A stretch of 64,000 nt of DNA. It comes from an uncultured Bryobacteraceae bacterium. Lineage in GTDB: Bacteria > Acidobacteriota > Terriglobia > Bryobacterales > Bryobacteraceae. The notes beneath the pieces were generated by a model. That model was not told the origin of the DNA, did not search any database, and saw only the letters and a program-made list of their open reading frames with translations. Both the position numbers and the translations under genes were made by a program. The stretch spans positions 7,217 through 71,216 of the forward strand of contig CAMTUE010000004.1 in the NCBI GenBank assembly GCA_947084845.1, read 5' to 3'. This document shows, in pieces, positions 54,393 to 63,655 of this stretch. Positions within the stretch are counted from its first letter, which is position 1. The number at the start of each line of letters is the position of its first letter.

Positions 54393-54994
54393 AGACCAGC
54401 CTGGTTTTCGAGACTTCGCCAGAGATACCAGCAGGCAATGGTGCGGTAGGGGCTCCACGGAAGGGCGATCGCTTCCATGGCGGCGGGCTTCGGCGGCGCT
54501 TCCATCGCCCATGCTTTTTGGATGGCGTTGCGGATGCCAAGGTCGCCGGTTGGGAAGACATCGGGACGGCGCAGCGCGAACATGAGCAGCATCTGCGCGG
54601 TCCAGACGCCGACGCCCTTGACCTGGGTGAGATGCGCAATCACCTCGTCGTCATCCATCGATTCAAGCCGGTCAAATCTGAGCTGGCGGGCCTTCGTCTT
54701 TTCCGCCAGATCGAGCAGGTAAGAGGTCTTCTGCGTGGACAGGCCAAGCGGGCGCAGGTTTTCCGGACCGAGCGACAGGACGGCGCGGGGCGTGACGCCG
54801 GCGGGTCCGCAGGCGTGTTCGAAACGGGCATGGATGGTGCGGGCCGCCTTGCCGCTCAGTTGCTGGCCGACGATGCAGCGCGTCAGCGTCCTGAAATCGG
54901 GTTCAAGGTAGTCGATTTTAGGCGGTCCGCAACGCTCGATGATCCCGGCCATGACGGGACACGACTTCTTGAGATAGGAAACGGCTTGGCGCAT
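54389..54994 (-). CDS. DNA-3-methyladenine glycosylase II family (HhH-GPD)
   Basis: IVGQQLSGKAARTI, LTQVKGVGVWTAQMLLMFAL.RPDVFPTGDLG (HhH-GPD with the Asp), and YRTIACWYLW. Confidence 0.82.
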   Translation of the reverse strand: MRQAVSYLKKSCPVMAGIIERCGPPKIDYLEPDFRTLTRCIVGQQLSGKAARTIHARFEHACGPAGVTPRAVLSLGPENLRPLGLSTQKTSYLLDLAEKTKARQLRFDRLESMDDDEVIAHLTQVKGVGVWTAQMLLMFALRRPDVFPTGDLGIRNAIQKAWAMEAPPKPAAMEAIALPWSPYRTIACWYLWRSLENQAGL

Positions 54995-55032
54995 GGAACG
55001 ATCCGGCGGTGGGCTGCATCCACAAGTATGGC

Positions 55033-56034
55033 ATGGTGAAGTTGATGCTCCGTTCGTTCCCCCTCGTTCTGCTGGGCCTGGCCGGCCTGACTGCGCAAGT
55101 TCCGCCCAAGCCGCCGGCCGCGCCGCCGCCGGCTGTGGAAACGGACCAGGTCATCCGCATCGACGTGGATCTGGTCAATATCTACTTCAACGTCCGGGAT
55201 AAGCGGGGCGCCTATGCGGGCGGCCTGAAGGCCGAGGATTTCGATGTCTATGAAGACGGCAAAAAGCAGGACATCCGATCGTTCACTCGCGAGACCGATC
55301 AGCCGTTGACGCTCGGCCTGCTGGTTGACGTCAGCCGCAGCCAGGAGAACCTGATCGAGGTCCAGAAACGCGCCTCCTCGACGTTTTTCGCCAAGGTTCT
55401 CAAACCCAAGGACATGGCCTTCATCATCAGCTTCGGCTCTGACTCGGATCTGGTCCAGGACCTCACCGGGAGTCTCGCTTCACTGGAACGCGGCTTGCGG
55501 GAACTGCGCATCAGAGGAGGCGTTCAGGGCGTGGTGACGCCGAGCACGGTCCCGACTCCGGGCGGCCCGCGCGGGACGGTTCTCTATGATGCGGTCTGGC
55601 TGGCGGCCCGCGACAGGCTGCAGAACGAAGTCGGCCGAAAGGCCATCGTGATCATCACCGATGGCGTCGATGTCGGCAGCCGGATCAAGATTGAAGAGGC
55701 GATCGAAGCGTCGCAGAAGTCGGACGCGATCGTGTTCCCGATTCTCTATGAGGACCCCCGTTATACGTCGCCGATGTTTGGCGGCTACTCGGGCGAGGGG
55801 GCGATGAAACGGCTCGGCAACGAGACCGGCGGCCGGGTCTTCCGGGTAGACCGCCGGAACACGCTCGACCAGATCTACAAAGAGATCGAAGATGACATGC
55901 GGACGCAGTACGCCATCAGCTACTCGTCGTCGAATGCGGTGCGCGACGGGGGGTTTCGCCGGATTGAGATCAGGCCGAAGAACAAAGACCTCAAAATCCA
56001 GGCCCGGCGCGGATACTACGCGACGAAGAATTGA
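55033..56034 (+). CDS. VWA-domain protein of the Acidobacteria-type VWFA family
   Basis: Signal MVKLMLRSFPLVLLGLAGLTAQ. IRIDVDLVNIYFNVRDKRGAYAGGLKAEDFDVYEDGKKQDIRSF..LTLGLLVDVSRSQ resembles TIGR03436 (recalled). Confidence 0.75.
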   Translation: MVKLMLRSFPLVLLGLAGLTAQVPPKPPAAPPPAVETDQVIRIDVDLVNIYFNVRDKRGAYAGGLKAEDFDVYEDGKKQDIRSFTRETDQPLTLGLLVDVSRSQENLIEVQKRASSTFFAKVLKPKDMAFIISFGSDSDLVQDLTGSLASLERGLRELRIRGGVQGVVTPSTVPTPGGPRGTVLYDAVWLAARDRLQNEVGRKAIVIITDGVDVGSRIKIEEAIEASQKSDAIVFPILYEDPRYTSPMFGGYSGEGAMKRLGNETGGRVFRVDRRNTLDQIYKEIEDDMRTQYAISYSSSNAVRDGGFRRIEIRPKNKDLKIQARRGYYATKN

Positions 56035-56292
56035 CCGGCGTGGGGCGGCCGCCTGCGTCAGGCGCCTCCAGTTGACGGCACGTCAAGGACACGTGGATTG
56101 CTCCGTAGCTGCTGCTGGAAGAAACGCTGACCGGAATTCCGGGAGTATTGGCTCCGCCCGGCGGCTGCTAGCGAGGTCTGTAAACAGCCTCAATGGGACC
56201 GGTTGACGGTCAAAGCGCCTTTTGGAGGCATCACCGACCGAACGGAGCCAAGGCCAAATTAATACGAATCCGCGCCTGGTGTCAACAGAAAT

Positions 56293-56709
56293 CTACTGGA
56301 CTTTGGGGGGCAGCAGACGGCGGGCACGCAGGTCGGGCAGGATTGAATCGCGCAGACTCGGCGCAAGCGTCTCCGGATCGCCGTCAGGACCATACCAGAC
56401 CAGTTCGCCGATCTCGGCGCAGGGGCGCGGGTCGCCCGTGAGATTGCCGGAGAACAGGTCGATCACGACGGTGCTGCCGGGATCGTTGGCCGCGGGACCC
56501 TCGTACCTGCCAACGAACTTGAGATCGGCGACAGACACATCGCCCAGCTCTTCCTGAAGTTCTCGAACCAGGGCCTGTTCGGGCGTTTCGCCGGGTTCGA
56601 GCTTGCCGCCCGGCAGGATCAGCAACTCTGAGCCGCTGTGCCGCCGGCAGAGCATGATGCGGCCGCCGCGGCAGAGGAAGAGGCCGGCTTTGCGGATCGT
56701 TTGGCTCAT
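56293..56709 (-). CDS. Nudix (MutT-like) hydrolase
   Basis: Nudix box LPGGKLEPGETPEQALVRELQEELG. ATGA overlap with the U32 gene stop. Confidence 0.8.
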   Translation of the reverse strand: MSQTIRKAGLFLCRGGRIMLCRRHSGSELLILPGGKLEPGETPEQALVRELQEELGDVSVADLKFVGRYEGPAANDPGSTVVIDLFSGNLTGDPRPCAEIGELVWYGPDGDPETLAPSLRDSILPDLRARRLLPPKVQ

Positions 56710-59333
56710 TGCAGAATGGGCAACTCCAGGTAGCCGGGCGACACGAACAGACTGCCTTGCGTGACGCCCTGCGGGGCGGTCCGCTTCAGGATCGCGCCCA
56801 GTTTGCGGTATTCGATCCGGCCGGCGAGGGCGGCGGCAAAGGCACTGGCGATGGCCTCGATCTGAGCGGGTGATTCGTGCGCGAATTCAAGCCGGAAATG
56901 GCCGATCCCGGCGTCCAGCCACGATTTCAGGTGCAGGCTGGCTTCCTGCGCCTCGGCTCCGAAAACCGTGTTGCGGCAACCCACATCGGCCAGCACGGGG
57001 TGGGCGCGGCCGTTTGCGTCGCGCAGTTCGAGGCGGTGTTTCTCGCATGGGCGTCCACAGTCCTCGAATGTGGTCCCGGTCGAGAGGAAGCGGCAGAAGA
57101 CGCAATGTTCGGTATGGAAAACGGGCAGGTGGTGATACGCGATGGCTTCGATGCGCGAACCGCCGATCTGGCGGGCAAGCGTGGCGACCTGCGCCGCGTT
57201 CAGATCGTGCGTGGGTGCCAGCCGGGTCAACCCGGCGTCGAGCAGCATGCGCGCTGAAATGGCATTCGCCGCGTTGAGGCTGAAGTCGCCGGTCAACTCG
57301 ACGCCTTCCCTGCCCCGCAACGCATGCAGGAGCCCGGCCGGCCGGACCAGGATCGGACAGCCCAAACGCAGGAGAAAATCGGCGATCTTCTCCTCGCCGG
57401 GTTTCAGGATGCGGGGGCTGGCGACGCGGCAGACAACGCCGGATGCGAGCACTTTTTCGACGGACGGTTTGAGGCCATAGAGGTCGAGGTAATCGAGGGT
57501 CAGGCTGGCCGGATGCGCTTCAATTGCCGCGTCGAGTTGATCGGCCGTGCGGACGAGGAGGTGGATTTGCGGCTCGGATGACGCATCGCGCACGGGTTCG
57601 AAGGCGATTGCTTTGGCGGCTTCCGCAACAGGATCGTGGACGGCCACGGGTCGAGGCCGCGATTGCGCTGCCTCCAATTGCTCGACCGCCTCGCGCCGCA
57701 GTTGGTTGAGTAGCGAGAGGGGGACGAATGGCGTGCCCTGGACGTCGAGCGTCAGTTCGGCCAATTCATATGGGGTGCCGCCGAGTCTGGAAAACTGGGC
57801 GCGGAGGGACTCGATGGTCAGACCGCGATTCTCCGCCGCCACCAGGCCGGCGTCCGCTTTGACGGTCACTTCCACTCCGTTGAAAGTCGCGCCCGGAACC
57901 GCGAACGCAGAGCGCGGGTCTTTTCCCGAACCCGCTCTCTGCGTTCGCGGTTCCAGGAGTTGGGTCGCTGCGGCGCGACTGTGGCCCGTGGGCACTCTGT
58001 TCACACTCCACACCGCCAGGATGGGTTTGCCCACGTGTGCGGTGACGGCGACATTGACAGGTTGTTTCGCCACGGGGGCCTGGGCTTGGGTGAAGACGCG
58101 CAATTTCCGTTCGACTGCCGGATCGTCGCTGCGCCAGACGAGGTCTCCGGGGCGGATGCGCGACCAAACGATTGCCTCCCGGCCAAACCGCAACTCGATC
58201 ATTCCATTGGCCGCTTCGAAAATCTCGAAGACTCGTCCGCCCTCTTCGTCTTCCTGCGGGCTGCGCCAATCGGCGGCGTCGAAGACGATTCCGTCGCCGG
58301 GCTTGAGGGGCGAGATCTGATGAGCGCGGCCTGGTTTGACGAGGACGCCCGCATCAGTCGCACGTACGACTTGACCTACTCGTACGCCCCTATGCCTGGG
58401 AACCCGTCCGGTGACGACCGCCTGGTGGTTGGTCCCAGTGACGAAGTGCGCCCCCATGCCGCGGGAATAGACCTGTTCGAGGTCCAATTCCTCTTCAGGC
58501 GACACCGACAAGGCCCGGCCGGCCCAGGCGTCATCGACGGCCTTGCGGTAGGCGGCGGTGGCGGCGGCGACATACTCGGCTTCTTTGTAGCGGCCTTCAA
58601 TCTTGAATGCGGCAATGCCGAGATTGGTCAGTTCCGGAACCTGATGGAGCGCGAACAAGTCGTTTGGCGACAGCAGATAGCGGGCGTCGCCGAGAGGTTT
58701 CAATTGCCCGTCGACCAGCATTTCGTAAGGCATGCGGCAGGCCTGAGCGCAGAGTCCGCGGTTGGCGCTGCGGCCGCCCCAGGCTTCGGACGAAAAACAC
58801 TGTCCGGAATAGGCGACGCAGAGCGCGCCGTGGACGAAGACTTCGAGTTCGACGTCAACCGATGCGGCGATGGCCCCGATCTCCCTGATCGACAGTTCGC
58901 GAGCCAGGGTGACGCGCGATGCGCCGAGTTCAGCCGCCGCGCGGACGCCTTCGGCGCCGGTGACGCTCATTTGCGTACTGGCGTGGATTTCGAGATCCGG
59001 AACGATGCGGTGGGCAAGAGAGAGGATGCCGATGTCCTGGACGATGATGGCGTCGGCTCCGGATTCGGCGATGCGGGCGAGGGCCTTGGCGGCTTCGGCG
59101 ATTTCGTGGTCGAAGATGAGCGTGTTGAAGGTGACGAATCCGCGCACGCCACGGCGGTGCAGGGTGCGCATGACGGCGGGCAGTTCGTCGATGGAGAAAC
59201 CGACCTTGGCGCGCGCGGTGAAGTGTTTCAAGCCGAAATAGACCGAGCTGGCGCCGGCTTCGATGGCGGCATGGAGTTGGGGCCAGTAACCGGCCGGGGC
59301 CATGATTTCGGGTTTGCGGCGAAGGGAGGGCAC
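56706..59333 (-). CDS. U32-family peptidase-like protein (long form)
   Basis: N-terminus RKPEIMAPAGYWPQLHAAIEAGASSVYFGL matches the U32 start KPELLAPAG. Then E.SIREI, VFVHGALCVAYSGQCF and more. The GTG 59333 start shares one nt with the vapC stop. Confidence 0.85.
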   Translation of the reverse strand: MPSLRRKPEIMAPAGYWPQLHAAIEAGASSVYFGLKHFTARAKVGFSIDELPAVMRTLHRRGVRGFVTFNTLIFDHEIAEAAKALARIAESGADAIIVQDIGILSLAHRIVPDLEIHASTQMSVTGAEGVRAAAELGASRVTLARELSIREIGAIAASVDVELEVFVHGALCVAYSGQCFSSEAWGGRSANRGLCAQACRMPYEMLVDGQLKPLGDARYLLSPNDLFALHQVPELTNLGIAAFKIEGRYKEAEYVAAATAAYRKAVDDAWAGRALSVSPEEELDLEQVYSRGMGAHFVTGTNHQAVVTGRVPRHRGVRVGQVVRATDAGVLVKPGRAHQISPLKPGDGIVFDAADWRSPQEDEEGGRVFEIFEAANGMIELRFGREAIVWSRIRPGDLVWRSDDPAVERKLRVFTQAQAPVAKQPVNVAVTAHVGKPILAVWSVNRVPTGHSRAAATQLLEPRTQRAGSGKDPRSAFAVPGATFNGVEVTVKADAGLVAAENRGLTIESLRAQFSRLGGTPYELAELTLDVQGTPFVPLSLLNQLRREAVEQLEAAQSRPRPVAVHDPVAEAAKAIAFEPVRDASSEPQIHLLVRTADQLDAAIEAHPASLTLDYLDLYGLKPSVEKVLASGVVCRVASPRILKPGEEKIADFLLRLGCPILVRPAGLLHALRGREGVELTGDFSLNAANAISARMLLDAGLTRLAPTHDLNAAQVATLARQIGGSRIEAIAYHHLPVFHTEHCVFCRFLSTGTTFEDCGRPCEKHRLELRDANGRAHPVLADVGCRNTVFGAEAQEASLHLKSWLDAGIGHFRLEFAHESPAQIEAIASAFAAALAGRIEYRKLGAILKRTAPQGVTQGSLFVSPGYLELPILQ

Positions 59334-59791
59334 TACTTAGAGTCTAGCGACTCGACTGGCCCCGCGAAGGGATTGCGGACCGTGACGCCCTGCCACTGCC
59401 ACCCATCCGTGAGATCTTCCGACCACAGCACCTGGCACCCCAGTTGGGCGGCACTTCTAATAATCATCGCATCCCAAAACGAGACCGGCTGGCGGGCATG
59501 GACTTCGCACGCCGCGAGCACATCCGCGACGGCGGGCTGATGCACACGCCAGCGTCCCATGCGTTCAATCTGCCTCAAGGCGTCGCCCGGCGGCATGGCG
59601 AACTTCTTCGTCACCGCGACGTAATATTCCTGAAGAACCTGGATGCTCAGGCAACCGGTCCGGCTCTCGCCAACCCGTTCCATCAGTTCGATCGCAACCT
59701 GATGTTTTGCACCCGCGTTGCGGTCCGCCGCATACACCAGAATATTGGTGTCCAGGAATTCACCTTCGTTCATGGAGCGAGTCTCTATCAA
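59333..59791 (-). CDS. vapC: PIN-domain toxin VapC
   Basis: FLDTNILVYAADRN, SIQVLQEYY, SFWDAMII, and LWSEDLTDG..GVTVRNPF. The start may be ATG 59773. Confidence 0.85.
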   Translation of the reverse strand: MIETRSMNEGEFLDTNILVYAADRNAGAKHQVAIELMERVGESRTGCLSIQVLQEYYVAVTKKFAMPPGDALRQIERMGRWRVHQPAVADVLAACEVHARQPVSFWDAMIIRSAAQLGCQVLWSEDLTDGWQWQGVTVRNPFAGPVESLDSK

Positions 59792-60005
59792 TCCTCAGTT
59801 GTCCACCGGTGCCCAGGTCATACCCTCGCCTCAGGTCGCTCATTAACTCCCTCAATGCCTCGTCATAACCATCTTCCTGATCCACCAACAGTTGCAGTTG
59901 ACTGGCGAGCAGCGCGGAGATCGACGTATCGCGTTGAGCGGCAATGATTTTGATGCGCCTGACGAGCTGGTCCGGAAGAGCCAGGGTCACGTTTCGTGTA
60001 TTCAC
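59760..60005 (-). CDS. vapB: ribbon-helix-helix antitoxin VapB
   Basis: GTG 60005 gives VNTRNVTLALPDQLVRRIKIIAAQRDTSISALL (RHH/CopG-like). Overlaps the vapC start. Confidence 0.7.
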   Translation of the reverse strand: MNTRNVTLALPDQLVRRIKIIAAQRDTSISALLASQLQLLVDQEDGYDEALRELMSDLRRGYDLGTGGQLRIDRDSLHERR

Positions 60006-60017
60006 AAAACCAGTGTA

Positions 60018-60033
60018 CCACGTGTTTACGTGG
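60018..60033. promoter_or_regulatory. inverted repeat CCACGT-gttt-ACGTGG upstream of vapB (candidate operator)
   Basis: Perfect 6+6 palindrome 13 nt upstream of the vapB GTG. Confidence 0.45.
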
Positions 60034-60040
60034 AGACAAC

Positions 60041-60078
60041 AATAAACATAAGAAAGGGCGGCCCCGGAGGACCGCCCC
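60041..60078 (-). terminator. intrinsic terminator of the second TonB receptor gene
   Basis: Minus strand reads GGGCGG tcctccgggg CCGCCC followed by TTTCTTATGTTTATT. Confidence 0.75.
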
Positions 60079-60103
60079 TGGTTTTGCATGGCTGCGCCGG
60101 TTC

Positions 60104-63100
60104 TTAGAAGAAGAACGAGAGTTGGAGGCGCAGTGAACGCGGGGACTGGAAGGAATTCGCCCAGTTGTAGTACGGGCTGACGCGGATTTTCTGCGTGGCC
60201 ATCATCGACCGGGTGTTGAAGCCCTTGAACACATCGGCATCATTGTTGAATCCGATGTAGCCGTCGTTTTCGTGCAACAGCGTGCTGTTCTTGTTGGTTA
60301 CGATGTTCGTGTTCAGCGCGTTGAAGATCGTCAACTCGAAGCGGAACTTCAAGGCCTCGTTGCTGGTGAACGGCTTGAAGTCGTGCATCACGTTGAAGTC
60401 CATTTTGCTGAAGATCGGCGTCCGGCCAAGGTCGCCACGACCATACGGAGCCGCCGGGGTCGAGGAGATCACGTTGGCTTCGGTAGTGATTGGCGTGCCG
60501 GAGTAGACGACGAAGTTCGGCGAAACGGTGGTCGAACCCAACTTGTTGTTCAGCGTGTAGCCGCCGAAGAACTTGAGGGTGTGCGGGCGATCGGTGGCCA
60601 GACGGCCTTCCGCGAACTTGCCCTGCTCGGTGTAGTAGATCCAGGGCAGATCGAAGTAGCGGTTGACGTTCGGGCTGGTACGGCCGTTTTCGTCCGAGCT
60701 GGCCAGACCGGAGTAGTTGCCGTAGGAACGGCTCCAGGTATAGCTGCCGGCGAACTGATACGACTTCGAGAAGCGCTTGTCGAGGCGCAGTTCCAAAGCG
60801 TCATAGTTACGCACCGGCTTCGGGGTGACCGGCATGCCGGCTTCCCAGGTCTTCGGATTGGCAGTGATGCCCTCGCCGGGGTTGGCGATGAAATAGACTT
60901 CGCCGTCCGGGCCGAGGGTGCCGACGTCTTCAATCGTGCGAATCAGGCGGCGGTTGGTGTACCGGGCCGACGCCACAAGATTCGAACTGAGGCTGCGCTC
61001 GTAGCCGATGTCGAACATCTGCTGCTGCATCGGCTTGAGGCCGGGATCGACCGTGTTGGCACTAGGATCGTTCGAGGGGATGCGCCAGTTGACGTATTCG
61101 AGGAACTTACCGCCCTTGAAATCACTCGGCTTGTTCAGTGCACTCGTATTCTGGGTCACTGCACTGGGATCGTCCAGTGTGTAGTAGTAGTCGTAGTAGA
61201 CGTTGCCGCCGAAGCTGCCGCGAGGCATTTCGTACTTCATGATGTCGAAGAAACGGCCCCACGAAGCGTAGACTCGCTGCTTGCCGTCGCCCTTGGGATC
61301 CAAGGCGAAGCCCAGACGGGGAGACAGCTTCTGTGACCAAGGGAACTCGATCGCCTTGGAAGGAATGTTGCTGGCCGTCGCGAAGCTGGGGACGAATTCA
61401 CGCTCGGCGCGAAGGCCGAGGTTCAGCGTCAAGTACTTATTGACGCGCCAGGTGTCCTGGAAGAAGAGGGCCTGATTGTCGCTCGACACGTTTCCGGTCT
61501 CGCCGTATTCACGGTAACGGGCGTAGCCGTAAGCGCCGGTCTGGCGGCCGGAGCACTGGCTGGTGATGCAGGTCCAACCGGGGGAGAACCAGTAGTAGCG
61601 GAGATAGCCGTTGGCCCAATTGCGCGTGAGGACCTCATTCGCCAACTTGTTCATCTGCCAGCCGCCCTTAATGTTGTGCTGGCCCATCCAGTTGCCGAGG
61701 TAGGAAACGTCGGCATTGTAGTTCTTGCGTCTGTATTTGTCGAAGAAGCTGGCCCCAGGAGCGAACTGTCTGTAGCCCGCCGGACCCCTCAAGGCTTCCG
61801 GAATGCGCGCGTCCGTGCTCGCACCCGAGTAAAAGATCGACATAACATTCGGAATGGCATAGTTCCCGTTGTGGTTGGTGTAATGGTACCCGCCACGGAA
61901 CGAGATCACCAGCTTGCTGGTGGCCAGGAAATCCGCCGAATAGGCGAAAAGCTGACCGGCATCGTAACTGCCCTGCCTCGCCCAATCGTTGCCTGGATCG
62001 TCCGTGCCGCCGCGGCTGGGAAGAAGTCCCTGCGTGTAGCCGGGATTCCAGGTCCAGGATGCGGACGAGCGCAGTTTGGTGAACGGCATGTAGTCCAGCT
62101 TGTTGGTCATGTAGTGCTGGAAGCTGTTCTGCGAGTAACTGCGCGTCTTCTTATCCACGTTGAAGGTGACGTCGCGGTTGGTTACCGTCTTCGTCGGCAT
62201 GAAGCCGCTGAAGAAGAAAAGCTTGTTCCGTAAGACCGGGCCGGCAATGTTAAAGACCGGGTTCACGGTCTTAAAGTCGTCGGCTTTGTTGCGGAAGTAC
62301 TCGCCCCGGTTCTCGTTAAACGGATCCAGGCGCAGGGAGTCGCGCGGACGGCCCTCCATCTCATCGTTGTTGAAGTAGAATCCGGCCTGGCCGTGGAAGT
62401 CATTCGATCCGCTGCGGACCACGGCGCTGATGACGCCGCCCATGGCACCGCCGTACTGGGCTTCCATGACGCCATTCTTGATCTGCGTCTGCTGGATCAT
62501 CTCGACTGGAATCCGGTTCTTGTCGCTCAGTACGCCGGTCTGGATGTTGGTGACTTCCATGCCGTCGATGTAGAACGTGTTCTCCGAACCCGAGGCGCCG
62601 TCCACCTGCACGCCGCCGCTCTTGCTCTCGGCGCGGGCGCCGGGGGCGATGGCGGCGAGATCATAGAAGCTGCGGCCCTTCGGCAGCAGGTCAAAGAAGC
62701 TCCTATCGACGTTCACCGACGAGGAACTGGTCGTCGTGTCGACCATGACCGCGTCGGCGCTGACGACGACGCTCTCGGTCACCTGGCCGACTTCGAGCTT
62801 GAAGTTGAGCTGAGTCGATCTACCCAGGACCACGTTCACGTCGGTCTTCTTCATTGTCGAGAAACCCGTCACGGCGGCCGTCACCGTGTAGGCGCCGGCC
62901 GGGACGTTCCCGAAAGAATAGTTGCCGGTGGAGTTGGTCGCGGTCACAAGCCCACGGGGCAGGCTCGTGCCGGTGACTTCCACTTTGGCGTTTGGAATGG
63001 CCGCGCCGCTGGGGTCCACGACTGAGCCCGTGAGGCTGCCCGTCACTTCCTGACCAAAGGCCGGGAAGCCGAACAGCGCCACGAACGCCAGTACGAGGGC

Positions 63101-63148
63101 CATCATGCGGGCCGTCCCGTTGGATTTCGCATATGCGTTGAAACTCAC
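60104..63148 (-). CDS. TonB-dependent receptor with CarboxypepD_reg-like N-terminal domain
   Basis: GGGAGGA then 5 nt then GTG 63148 (ATG alternatives at 63106 and 63103). Signal MMALVLAFVALFGFPAFG. TGSLTGSVVDPSGAAIPNAKVEVTG..STGNYSFGNVPAGAYTV. Barrel ends ..LRLQLSFFF. Confidence 0.88.
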   Translation of the reverse strand: MSFNAYAKSNGTARMMALVLAFVALFGFPAFGQEVTGSLTGSVVDPSGAAIPNAKVEVTGTSLPRGLVTATNSTGNYSFGNVPAGAYTVTAAVTGFSTMKKTDVNVVLGRSTQLNFKLEVGQVTESVVVSADAVMVDTTTSSSSVNVDRSFFDLLPKGRSFYDLAAIAPGARAESKSGGVQVDGASGSENTFYIDGMEVTNIQTGVLSDKNRIPVEMIQQTQIKNGVMEAQYGGAMGGVISAVVRSGSNDFHGQAGFYFNNDEMEGRPRDSLRLDPFNENRGEYFRNKADDFKTVNPVFNIAGPVLRNKLFFFSGFMPTKTVTNRDVTFNVDKKTRSYSQNSFQHYMTNKLDYMPFTKLRSSASWTWNPGYTQGLLPSRGGTDDPGNDWARQGSYDAGQLFAYSADFLATSKLVISFRGGYHYTNHNGNYAIPNVMSIFYSGASTDARIPEALRGPAGYRQFAPGASFFDKYRRKNYNADVSYLGNWMGQHNIKGGWQMNKLANEVLTRNWANGYLRYYWFSPGWTCITSQCSGRQTGAYGYARYREYGETGNVSSDNQALFFQDTWRVNKYLTLNLGLRAEREFVPSFATASNIPSKAIEFPWSQKLSPRLGFALDPKGDGKQRVYASWGRFFDIMKYEMPRGSFGGNVYYDYYYTLDDPSAVTQNTSALNKPSDFKGGKFLEYVNWRIPSNDPSANTVDPGLKPMQQQMFDIGYERSLSSNLVASARYTNRRLIRTIEDVGTLGPDGEVYFIANPGEGITANPKTWEAGMPVTPKPVRNYDALELRLDKRFSKSYQFAGSYTWSRSYGNYSGLASSDENGRTSPNVNRYFDLPWIYYTEQGKFAEGRLATDRPHTLKFFGGYTLNNKLGSTTVSPNFVVYSGTPITTEANVISSTPAAPYGRGDLGRTPIFSKMDFNVMHDFKPFTSNEALKFRFELTIFNALNTNIVTNKNSTLLHENDGYIGFNNDADVFKGFNTRSMMATQKIRVSPYYNWANSFQSPRSLRLQLSFFF

Positions 63149-63655
63149 AATAATCCTCCCAAAACGGACTGAATTTGACTGCAAGGACTCACTCGATGAG
63201 TGCGTGCCCAGGAGACTCCCTGGCGCGGACAGGGCGTGGGGTTCTGGACTGGAATGAAATGACGGGGCAGGTGCGGATGGAGGGGAACAGGCCGAGTCCC
63301 GGAGCCTTGGCTCGATTCCCGGCAGCGCCGAAGGAGGTTCAGATACGAATACCTTCTGACGCCGCGGCCTACCGCTTCGAATTGTTCTGGTGCCCCGGGA
63401 GGCCCTGACATTGGGTCAGGCGCCACTCCGCCGCTGGCAACGACAAAGATCAAAAGAACTCCTGCCGGCTCCGCGGATATACGGAACCGAAACTAGTGTA
63501 ACAATCGTAACATCAAGTCGGCCAATCTTGTCAAGTAAGGATATCGGGTCTTGCGACGCCTTTGTCCTGGGGCCGCCCGCCTGGTTTTGTGAACGAAACC
63601 GGCCTGGCACCACCGGGCTGTCTTGCAATCGCCTTACAATCAATAAGTAAGGGCC

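Noticed and set aside
56072-56213. Two palindromes sharing GTTGACGG (TTGACG-gca-CGTCAA at 56072-56086 and TTGAC-g-GTCAA at 56203-56213)
   Set aside because: They are short, have different spacing, and sit between convergent gene ends. There is no matching -10 element or ORF, so this could be chance.
63181-63540. Cobalamin or TPP riboswitch upstream of the TonB receptor
   Set aside because: I read the minus strand by eye. No B12 box (GCCACTG-type) or TPP CTGAGA / ACCTGA core was found. Only generic GC hairpins are present.
63605-63626. TGGCAC ... TTGCA as a second sigma-54 promoter upstream of the NtrY-like gene
   Set aside because: The GG-to-GC offset is 18 nt rather than the required 12, so it does not fit a -24/-12 element.
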